DNA of 64,000 bases, taken from the NCBI GenBank assembly GCA_051439505.1, contig JBFRWI010000009.1, forward strand, positions 25,813 through 89,812, written 5' to 3'. Under the pieces are notes generated by a model, which worked only from the letters and a program-made list of their open reading frames with translations, ran no database searches and was not told where the DNA came from. The stretch's first letter is position 1. Every line of letters begins with the position of its first letter. Origin of the DNA: Hormoscilla sp. GTDB taxonomy: Bacteria; Cyanobacteriota; Cyanobacteriia; Cyanobacteriales; Desertifilaceae. Made by a program: the position numbers and the translations under genes. Of this stretch, positions 19,831 to 27,567 are shown piece by piece.

Positions 19831-20068
19831 TACTGTCAGAGAATTTACCAATGCTCCTTAGACCAGATGCCTGTATTACTTTAATCTTATCATATACTAT
19901 CGGATCTTGCTTGTCAAGACACATGCAAGCCGACAACGGGGCAATAAACGGCGATCGCCATCAGCAGCGGTGGGAAAATTAAGGTAAAATAGCTGCACAA
20001 TCCTCAGAAATAGGGTTTCTGGATGTTCGGTCAAGATTTGAGATAGACAAGTCAGGAGTTCCTACCAA

Positions 20069-20734
20069 ATGAAAAGTCGTAAATGGCAGCGCTTCTTTAC
20101 TCTCATCTTAGCCTCCCTGCTAGTAATCACCAGTTGCGGCAGTAATATCAATGGGGTCAAAAACCTGCAAGCGGGTACGGGCGAACAAGTGATAATCTTA
20201 GGGGATAGCATTGCCTCTGGATATGGGGTCGCAGCAGAACAAGCTTTCCCAAATATCCTGAGTCGGAAACTGGGGATCCCGATCCTCAATCGCGGTGTCA
20301 GCGGCGATACAACTGCAATGGGTCTGAGTCGGTTACAAGCGGATGTTATAGATGCCGAACCTTGGTTAGTAATCGTCGAATTGGCAGGGAATGATTATCT
20401 GCGCAATGTCCCTAAATCTCAGACAGAAGAAAATTTGCGACAAATTGTTACCGCGATTCAACAAGAAGGTGCTATTGTGGTGCTGCTGGGAATTAATGCA
20501 GGTAGAATTGGCGACGAATACAAAGAAATGTTCGATCGCCTGGCCTCCGATACCCAAGCATACCTGATTCCCCAAGTCTTAAAAGGGATCGTCGATAATC
20601 CCCAACATCGCCAAGATGATATCATTCATCCCAATGCCGCAGGACATGAGTTTTTAGCCACCCGCGTGGCGGAAGAATTACAGCCCTTGTTGGCAAAAGC
20701 GAAATGGCCCGCAACTCTGAAACAATTCAAATAG
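20069..20734 (+). CDS. SGNH/GDSL arylesterase lipoprotein
   Basis: Lipobox ITSC, GDSIASG, NRGVSGDTT, GND, DIIHPN. Confidence 0.9.
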   Translation: MKSRKWQRFFTLILASLLVITSCGSNINGVKNLQAGTGEQVIILGDSIASGYGVAAEQAFPNILSRKLGIPILNRGVSGDTTAMGLSRLQADVIDAEPWLVIVELAGNDYLRNVPKSQTEENLRQIVTAIQQEGAIVVLLGINAGRIGDEYKEMFDRLASDTQAYLIPQVLKGIVDNPQHRQDDIIHPNAAGHEFLATRVAEELQPLLAKAKWPATLKQFK

Positions 20735-20754
20735 GATTTACCTTCGTTGTTCCT

Positions 20755-20814
20755 CTCCTTACCAGGCGATCGCCTGGTAAGGAGAAATCGCAATAAAGGG
20801 TAAACTGGTAACTG
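20755..20814 (+). repeat. HIP1-centred palindrome plus tail, direct-repeat copy 1
   Basis: Perfect 30-bp palindrome ctccttaccaggcgatcgcctggtaaggag then aaatcgcaataaagggtaaactggtaac. Confidence 0.75.
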
Positions 20815-20930
20815 ATGAGGCTACTATCCCGGAGGTGGTATCTCTGAGGTCATGAATTTGTTGGTGTTGTCGAACTCGGTCCATAGAAGTGCCTCCTCGT
20901 GTTATGATTAAGAAAGTTAAGCATTACAAA

Positions 20931-21428
20931 ATGATGACTAAAGAAGAGATAATTTCAAAGCTCAAGCTGGTGAAGCATGTTGAAGGCGGTTATTTCTCAG
21001 AGACTTACCGGTCGGAAGATAAAATGGCGGTCGATCGAGTCGGAAAGGAAAGAAATGTAATGACTTCAATATTATATATGCTGACAGATGATAGACCGAT
21101 TGATTACTTACATAAAAACATTTCCGATGTCGTGCATTATTTTCATGCTGGCTCGGCGGTAACTTATCTGATTATCCATCCAGATGGAAAATTTGAGAAA
21201 ATTCAGTTGGGAATGGATCTGAATGCAGGTGAAGTGCCGCAAATGATTGTTAAAGGCGGATGCTGGAAAGCGGCGACATTGTTAAGTGGCGAATATGGTT
21301 TGCTAGGAGAAGCGGTTGCTCCTGGTTTTGAATACCGGGACATGCAAATTGCCGATACCAGTCTTCTGGATGAATTTCCTCACTTGAAAGATGAAATTAA
21401 AAATTACATCAAGCCCACATCGATATGA
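20931..21428 (+). CDS. DUF985 cupin domain protein
   Basis: HVEGGYFSETYRS, TSILYML, FHAG, EAVAPGFEY. Confidence 0.85.
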   Translation: MMTKEEIISKLKLVKHVEGGYFSETYRSEDKMAVDRVGKERNVMTSILYMLTDDRPIDYLHKNISDVVHYFHAGSAVTYLIIHPDGKFEKIQLGMDLNAGEVPQMIVKGGCWKAATLLSGEYGLLGEAVAPGFEYRDMQIADTSLLDEFPHLKDEIKNYIKPTSI

Positions 21429-21480
21429 TGCAAGTGCTACCCTCCCAGTAGTCAGAATAATCGGACTTACCCTCGTTCCC

Positions 21481-21540
21481 CTCGTTATCGGGCGATCGCC
21501 CGGTCACGAGAAATCGCAGTAAACGGTAAACTGGTAATTA
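21481..21540 (+). repeat. HIP1-centred palindrome plus tail, direct-repeat copy 2
   Basis: ctcgttatcgggcgatcgcccggtcacgag aaatcgcagtaaacggtaaactggtaa. Confidence 0.75.
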
Positions 21541-21579
21541 GCGGGGGGTTTGGGAGGATCCGCTGGTTTCCCATGTTAT

Positions 21580-21650
21580 CAACGGGTTGAAAATGCACCG
21601 TCCTTGAGCTGTTGGCATCATCGGGCATCCAATCATTTGGTGTTATACAT
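21580..21650 (-). pseudogene. decayed DUF5615 PIN-like toxin remnant
   Basis: ATG overlapping the end of the DUF433 gene; out-of-frame fragments TPNDWMPDDA and TAQGRCIF. Confidence 0.5.
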
Positions 21651-22041
21651 GAGCAGCCTCGATCGCTTGTTCGGCAGCAATAGCAGTCTCGATTTCCTGG
21701 CGGTGGGCGGCTGCGAAAGCAAGGGCATCATGCACTTGAGCTTCAGTTAAATCATACTCATCAGCGATCTGATGGGGAGATAGTCCCCATTGCTGGGCGG
21801 CGATGTATATTGTCTGCACCCGCAAGCTAGTTCCCCCCAGGACTGGCACTTCCTGACCGCTAGCGCCGCGACGGTAGGTAATATCAGGGAAGGATGGATC
21901 GTCAGTTGGCAGGTCGAATGTACCAACTTTCTCTGCTACAGCCGAGAGGATAAACCGATCGAGTGAAATGCCTCGTTCTGCGGCCAATTTCTCGGCTTTT
22001 TGCTGCAATTTAATTGGTAAATTTAATGGGTATGGTGACAT
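21643..22041 (-). CDS. DUF433 domain antitoxin-like protein with N-terminal RHH-like region
   Basis: LAAERGISLDRFI..AVAEK; PVLGGTSLRV; IADEYDLTEAQVHDALAF. Confidence 0.8.
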   Translation of the reverse strand: MSPYPLNLPIKLQQKAEKLAAERGISLDRFILSAVAEKVGTFDLPTDDPSFPDITYRRGASGQEVPVLGGTSLRVQTIYIAAQQWGLSPHQIADEYDLTEAQVHDALAFAAAHRQEIETAIAAEQAIEAAHV

Positions 22042-22115
22042 CGTTCGTAAAGATGGTAATTCATTATTTATATCTTCCGAAGCTCGACTTCAAGGTCGGC
22101 GGGATCCTCCCAAAT

Positions 22116-22193
22116 CTCACGATCGGGTCGAGTCCGGTCACGAGAAATCGCAGTAAAGGGTAAACTGGTAACTGGTAACTGGTAACTGGTAAC
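22116..22193 (+). repeat. direct-repeat copy 3 running into (TAACTGG)n STRR
   Basis: ccggtcacgagaaatcgcagtaaagggtaaactggtaactggtaactggtaactggtaac. Confidence 0.75.
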
Positions 22194-22198
22194 CGATC

Positions 22199-23161
22199 GT
22201 GAAAGGAATCTGGCTAGAAAACAACCAACTGCAACTGCGTACTAACCTCCCCGTACCGGAACCGCCACCGGGAGAAGCTCTGGTGCGGGTCTTGCGGGCT
22301 GGCATCTGCAATACTGATTTAGAACTGATTCGAGGCTACTATCCCTACAATGGTATCTTAGGTCATGAATTTGTCGGCGTTGTCGAGCAAGGCCCATCAC
22401 ACTTGATTAACCAGCGGGTAGTGGGAGAAATTAATGCCGCCTGTGGCCACTGTCGCTTTTGTCGCACCGGACAACCCACTCACTGCGAAAATCGCACTGT
22501 CCTCGGTATCGTTAACCGTAACGGAGCTTTTGCTGAATATCTTACCTTGCCTGCGGCAAATCTTCATCCCGTGCCCGATCGCGTCTCCACTGATGCGGCA
22601 ACTTTTACCGAACCCGTGGCAGCGGCTCTGGAAATTCAACAGCAGGTTAAGATAACAGAAGGCGATCGCGTGTTAGTAGTGGGAGATGGTAAACTAGGGC
22701 AGTTAGTGGCCCAAACCCTGGCCCTAACTGGCTGCGAATTGCTAGTAATTGGTCGCCATACCGAAAAGCTGGCTAACCTAGAGGCCCGGGGCATTAAAAC
22801 CGGGTTCGCCGATGCCGTGCCAGCAGGATACTTCGATATCTCCGTAGAATGTACGGGCAACCCCCAAGGATGGGCGATCGCCCGTCGGGCCTTACGTCCC
22901 CGGGGCATCCTGGTGCTCAAAAGCACCTACGCTGGCGACATCACCATCGATGCCTCTTCTCTGGTGGTAGATGAAATTACTCTCATCGGTTCTCGCTGCG
23001 GTCCCTTTCCGCCCGCACTCGACTTGCTATCACAAAACCAAGTCGATGTCAAGCCATTAATTCAGGCCCACTATCCCCTAGAAGAAGGACTCGCAGCATT
23101 CAAACATGCCCAGCAGCGAGGCGTCTTGAAAGTATTATTGGAGATAGGTAGCGAGTCTTGA
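22199..23161 (+). CDS. zinc-dependent MDR alcohol dehydrogenase-like protein
   Basis: GICNTD, GHEFVG, CGHCRFC..C, GDGKLG. Confidence 0.9.
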   Translation: MKGIWLENNQLQLRTNLPVPEPPPGEALVRVLRAGICNTDLELIRGYYPYNGILGHEFVGVVEQGPSHLINQRVVGEINAACGHCRFCRTGQPTHCENRTVLGIVNRNGAFAEYLTLPAANLHPVPDRVSTDAATFTEPVAAALEIQQQVKITEGDRVLVVGDGKLGQLVAQTLALTGCELLVIGRHTEKLANLEARGIKTGFADAVPAGYFDISVECTGNPQGWAIARRALRPRGILVLKSTYAGDITIDASSLVVDEITLIGSRCGPFPPALDLLSQNQVDVKPLIQAHYPLEEGLAAFKHAQQRGVLKVLLEIGSES

Positions 23162-23195
23162 TATAATCATGTCCGTTCGATTTTAAGTCTCCTGG

Positions 23196-23495
23196 CCCGC
23201 CCGGGGTTCAAACCCCGGGCTAATAGCTAAAGTCGGTTTCAACCGACTGAAAACCTTATATAGAAAGCGTTTTACCCTCATTAAGAGGCTCCGCCTTAAG
23301 AGCAAAGGTAAATTACAGGGCTAAATCCTCGATCGCGATAATGCGGACAGTGGGTTTTAACCCACTTAAGCTATTAGCCGTGGGTTTGAACCCACGGCGG
23401 ACTAGGAGACTAATTGACTAATTTACAATGGTGCATTCCGGTCAGTTTTAACCGACTTTAGCTAAAAGCCTTTGGGTTTGCAACCCCCGGCGGGC
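23196..23495. mobile_element. non-autonomous REP/MITE-like element with nested palindromes
   Basis: ccggggttcaaaccccgg..gctaatagctaaagtcggtttcaaccgact with inverted counterparts; core recurs at about 58801-59018, left end at 25437. Confidence 0.7.
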
Positions 23496-23555
23496 TATCG
23501 GGAAATTTGCAAGATGTAAGTACTACAAACGGTTCTACTACTCAAATTAAAAATC

Positions 23556-24104
23556 GTGCAGAAACTGCTGAGACTTTCCAAAATAATCGATCGCATCAAT
23601 CAAAGTATCGGTCAACTCACCCTCTGGTTAGTGCTAATCATGATAATTGTAGGAGTGTGGAATGTCATCGGTCGCTACCTCGGTAATGCGATCGGGCAAA
23701 ACCTGAGTTCCAACTCCCTGATCGAAACCCAATGGTATCTCTTCGATATTATCTTCCTGGTGAGTGCCGCCTACGCCCTCAAGCACAACGAACATGTCCG
23801 TGTCGATCTGTTCTACAGCGGATGGCCTCCCAAACGCAAAGCCCTCGTTAACTTCATCGGCACCCTACTGTTTCTCATTCCCTTCAGCATCCTGGTGATT
23901 TACTTTTCCTGGCAAGCAGTCTATTATTCCTGGAAGATCCTGGAAGCATCTCCCGATCCAGGTGGTTTACCCCGTTACCCGATTAAAACTATGATTCCGA
24001 TCGCCTTTGCATTGCTTATTCTCCAAGGCATCTCCGAAGCGATTAAAAACTTTGCTATTTTTACTGGCAAATTACCTGCCCGGGAGGAACGCGATGCCCT
24101 ATGA
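23556..24104 (+). CDS. TRAP transporter small permease (DctQ)
   Basis: 4 TMs, AYALKHNEHVRVDLFY, SPDPGGLP. Confidence 0.9.
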   Translation: MQKLLRLSKIIDRINQSIGQLTLWLVLIMIIVGVWNVIGRYLGNAIGQNLSSNSLIETQWYLFDIIFLVSAAYALKHNEHVRVDLFYSGWPPKRKALVNFIGTLLFLIPFSILVIYFSWQAVYYSWKILEASPDPGGLPRYPIKTMIPIAFALLILQGISEAIKNFAIFTGKLPAREERDAL

Positions 24105-25425
24105 TTGGTTAGGTCCGGCCATGTTTGCTGGCGCATTAGTATTGCTATCCTTTGGCTATCCCGTTGCCTTCTCCTTGGGAGGCGTTGCCATTATCTTCGG
24201 ACTCATTGGCATAGCCCTGGGCATTTTTGACCCCATCTTTATGACTGCCATGCCCCAACGGATTTTTGGCATCATGGCAAATTATACTCTCCTCGCTATC
24301 CCCTATTTTATCTTTATGGGGTCGATGCTGGAAAAATCCGGCATCGCTGAAAATTTGCTCGAAACTATGGGCATTCTCTTTGGCCGCTTGCGCGGTGGTT
24401 TGGCCCTCGCTGTTATCCTCGTCGGCACCCTACTCGCTGCTACTACAGGGGTTGTTGCCGCAACTGTCGTCGCTATGGGGCTCATTTCTCTCCCCATTAT
24501 GCTGCGTTACGGCTATAATAAGGAACTCGCTACTGGCGCGATCGTGGCTTCGGGTACCCTCGGACAAATTATCCCCCCTTCTGTTGTCCTGGTGGTTTTG
24601 GGAGACCAATTGGGTGTTTCCGTGGGAGACTTGTTTATTGGTTCGATCGTCCCGGGTTTGATGATGGCGGGGGCCTTTGCCCTTCAGGTACTGATTATTG
24701 CCTTTTTCCGACCCGACATGGCACCTCCTTTGCCCCCAGAAGTCAGGCAGATCGGCGGCAAAGCTTTGGGAATGCGAGTTGTAAAAGTCATGATCCCGCC
24801 ACTGTTGCTGATCTTAATGGTACTGGGAAGTATCTTTTTCGGCTTTGCTACCCCCACGGAAGCTGGGGCTGTCGGTTGCCTAGGGGCGATCGCCCTTGCT
24901 GCTGCGAACAAACAAGTTAACTGGGCCTCTCTGCGCCTTGTTTGTGACGTTACCATGCGCACCACCACTATGGTAATGTTCATTCTCATCGGTTCCACTG
25001 CCTTTAGTCTCGTTTTCCGGGGATTGAATGGCGATCGGTTCATGGAAGAACTCTTAACAAACCTGCCGGGGGGTCAAACTGGCTTCTTGGTTGTCAGCAT
25101 GGCAGTAGTTTTTCTGCTGGGATTTTTCATCGACTTTTTCGAGATCGCTTTTATCGTCGTCCCCCTCTTTGTACCGGTCGCCCAGCAGCTAGGAATAGAC
25201 CTAGTTTGGTTCGGCATCATTCTCGGGGCTAACCTGCAAACTTCCTTTCTGACGCCACCCTTTGGTTTTGCCCTCTTCTACCTGCGCAGCATCGCCCCTC
25301 CTGAAGTTACTACGGGTCACATTTATCGCGGGGCGATCCCCTTTATCGCGATCCAGATGATTATTTTAATGTTAATTATCATCTTCCCAGGCATTGTCAG
25401 TTTCCTGCCCTCACTCAGTCGCTAA
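24094..25425 (+). CDS. TRAP transporter large permease (DctM)
   Basis: LLAIPYFIFMG, ASGTLGQIIPPS, ATPTEAG, SFLTPPFG; ATG at 24094 overlaps dctQ end. Confidence 0.92.
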   Translation: MPYDWLGPAMFAGALVLLSFGYPVAFSLGGVAIIFGLIGIALGIFDPIFMTAMPQRIFGIMANYTLLAIPYFIFMGSMLEKSGIAENLLETMGILFGRLRGGLALAVILVGTLLAATTGVVAATVVAMGLISLPIMLRYGYNKELATGAIVASGTLGQIIPPSVVLVVLGDQLGVSVGDLFIGSIVPGLMMAGAFALQVLIIAFFRPDMAPPLPPEVRQIGGKALGMRVVKVMIPPLLLILMVLGSIFFGFATPTEAGAVGCLGAIALAAANKQVNWASLRLVCDVTMRTTTMVMFILIGSTAFSLVFRGLNGDRFMEELLTNLPGGQTGFLVVSMAVVFLLGFFIDFFEIAFIVVPLFVPVAQQLGIDLVWFGIILGANLQTSFLTPPFGFALFYLRSIAPPEVTTGHIYRGAIPFIAIQMIILMLIIIFPGIVSFLPSLSR

Positions 25426-25436
25426 ATTGTACTTCA

Positions 25437-25490
25437 CCCGCCGGGGGTTCAAACCCCCGGCTAATAGCTAAAGTCGGTTAAAACCGACTA
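25437..25490. repeat. REP-like end of the 23.2-kb element family
   Basis: cccgccgggggttcaaacccccggctaatagctaaagtcggttaaaaccgact. Confidence 0.7.
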
Positions 25491-25539
25491 GAAACTTTAT
25501 CGACAAAGTGTTTGTAATCCAATCCTGTCATTAAAAAAA

Positions 25540-25860
25540 ATGAACGATCGCATGAAAACGATCCTGACCAAAATAGATCGAGGTATCGTAAAAATATACG
25601 GCGAACGACTGGACAAAATTATTCTCTATGGTTCTCAAGCTAGAGGGGATGCGAGACTAGACTCGGATATCGATATCTTAATCGTGCTCAAAGAATCCTT
25701 TAGTTACTCTCAAGAACGCGATCGCATCAGTATGTTCATTGCCGATCTGTGCTTAGAATATGCTACAGTGATTAGCTGTATATTTGCGACTCGCCAGAAA
25801 TACCAAGAGTATGATAGCGGTTTTTTTCGCAATGTCCGTAGAGAAGGAATTTCGATATGA
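25540..25860 (+). CDS. minimal nucleotidyltransferase (MNT) antitoxin
   Basis: LYGSQARG..SDIDIL. Confidence 0.85.
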   Translation: MNDRMKTILTKIDRGIVKIYGERLDKIILYGSQARGDARLDSDIDILIVLKESFSYSQERDRISMFIADLCLEYATVISCIFATRQKYQEYDSGFFRNVRREGISI

Positions 25861-26246
25861 CTCCAGAACAGCAAAGATTACTTGATAAAGCAGATCGAAC
25901 TTTACAAGCGGCAAAACTATTAAAAGCTCAAGGTTTTTTTGATGACGCTGCTTCTCGCGCTTACTACGTTATGTTTTATATCGCAGAGGCATTCTTAGAA
26001 GGTGAAAGATTGTCTTATGCTCGACACTCGGCAGTTATAGGCGCTTTTGGTCAACAGTTTGCGCGAACTGGACGAGTTCCCGTGCTGTTCCATCGTTATT
26101 TAATTGATACACAAAACCTTCGTCTAGAAGCTGATTATAATGCTGACATAGAGATCGCCGAAACAGATGCAGAGCAAGGAATATCTCGTGCGGAGGAAAT
26201 GCTTAATTTTGCTATAGCTAATATCGATAATCTTCCGCCGCCATAA
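25857..26246 (+). CDS. HEPN domain protein (MNT-HEPN TA partner)
   Basis: ASRAYYVMFY, HSAVIGAFG, RLEADY; ATGA overlap with MNT gene. Confidence 0.85.
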   Translation: MTPEQQRLLDKADRTLQAAKLLKAQGFFDDAASRAYYVMFYIAEAFLEGERLSYARHSAVIGAFGQQFARTGRVPVLFHRYLIDTQNLRLEADYNADIEIAETDAEQGISRAEEMLNFAIANIDNLPPP

Positions 26247-26317
26247 GTGACCAAGTTCATAGCCCGATCGCAGAATCGTGAAGAAAGCAGGGCTATTTGA
26301 TTTTCTGCTGGCATGGG

Positions 26318-26857
26318 TTACAGATTTACAGATGCAGTAACCGGTAACTGACTTACCAGCGGGGTAACAAAAGCAGGACGGATAAATGCTTCTTTATCTG
26401 ACTGGGTAATGTAACCTTTATTGACTGCCATCTGCATCACGTCATTTAAGAAACCTCTTAGCACTCCTAAAACTTTATCTTTGTCCAGTTCCACAGTTTT
26501 TGACTGCCAAGAGTAGCCAAACTCTCCGATCTGACAAGATATTTTCTCACCTCTAGGCATGAATTTGAGAATTTGCCAACAACTCTCAGCAAATTCTATC
26601 TGCATGTTTTTTCCCTCCGCAAGCAGCGCAATTTGTTCTGGGAAGTTGTCTTCCAGCATCATGCATATGTCCGGATCTAAAAATACTCTGGTTGTGCTGG
26701 GCCCGATCGCGATCGCGACTGGTCGGTCCTGTTCGTAACAGAAGCGGCGCAGTCCCAATTCAAAATCTGAAAGTTCTCCCAGGGGATCTGATGGAGGGAG
26801 AGCCGAGTTTTCCAAACAAACTTCTCCTAATTGGATCTGAAATTGATGATTATTCAT
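26318..26857 (-). CDS. hypothetical protein, candidate immunity protein
   Basis: Acidic 179-aa ORF translationally coupled to the upstream toxin-like ORF. Confidence 0.55.
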   Translation of the reverse strand: MNNHQFQIQLGEVCLENSALPPSDPLGELSDFELGLRRFCYEQDRPVAIAIGPSTTRVFLDPDICMMLEDNFPEQIALLAEGKNMQIEFAESCWQILKFMPRGEKISCQIGEFGYSWQSKTVELDKDKVLGVLRGFLNDVMQMAVNKGYITQSDKEAFIRPAFVTPLVSQLPVTASVNL

Positions 26858-27236
26858 GTTCTCTCCTCTTGAAGGTGTAATTATCTACCACAGGATAAGC
26901 GTATTTCAGAGTGCCATCCAGCTTTCTTTTAATATTAACACGGGTAACATTTTCAGTTATGCTACCATCGGCATGATAAACTCGCCCTAGAGGACGCTGA
27001 AAATCGATGATATATCTGCCTGGATGTTTGGGAGTCACTTGTTCGGCCTTGACTAAATCCTGTAAGTTTAGCCACTGTCCTTGATCGGTGTTGGTACTTG
27101 CTATTCTACCCTGAAAATGACGGGGTTGTAGTTGAGGACCATGATGACGCAAAATATGATCGTAGACCTTGCTACATTTAGGATTGTTCCATTGGGGTTC
27201 TACGCCACGACCATTCCATGGACAACCACTTCCCAC
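26850..27236 (-). CDS. standalone toxin-like domain protein (possible RNase)
   Basis: Basic; DHILRHHG and C-terminal KYAYPV; frame stays open upstream to an ATA at 27302 preceded by GGAGG. Confidence 0.5.
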   Translation of the reverse strand: MGSGCPWNGRGVEPQWNNPKCSKVYDHILRHHGPQLQPRHFQGRIASTNTDQGQWLNLQDLVKAEQVTPKHPGRYIIDFQRPLGRVYHADGSITENVTRVNIKRKLDGTLKYAYPVVDNYTFKRREHE

Positions 27237-27567
27237 TTGGATACTCGGGTCGTCGATCTCCTGTTCGACAATTTCTATAGCTTCTAGATCTGAGTTAGAT
27301 ATAACGGCCGTCCTCCAACTGACACAACTGTTATTAGTATAGCATACAGCAGGACGTCCGCGCTACGGGATGATAAGTGACCGCCTACCGGGTCAAGCGA
27401 TCGCCAGTGGGGGCTCACCGCCAGCACATTCCGATGAGTCGAACTGACCGGTTTTGTTAAATTTATGTTAAATTTGCTCTGGGGGTTGCCGTTGGGCATT
27501 AGCTATGCTATAACAGAGTATATTGGTGCATCGCCGAACATGACTCGTTTTCAGGAGATGGAAAATT

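Noticed and set aside
23556..25425. TRAP permeases without dctP
   Set aside because: An unlinked binding-protein gene is common in cyanobacteria
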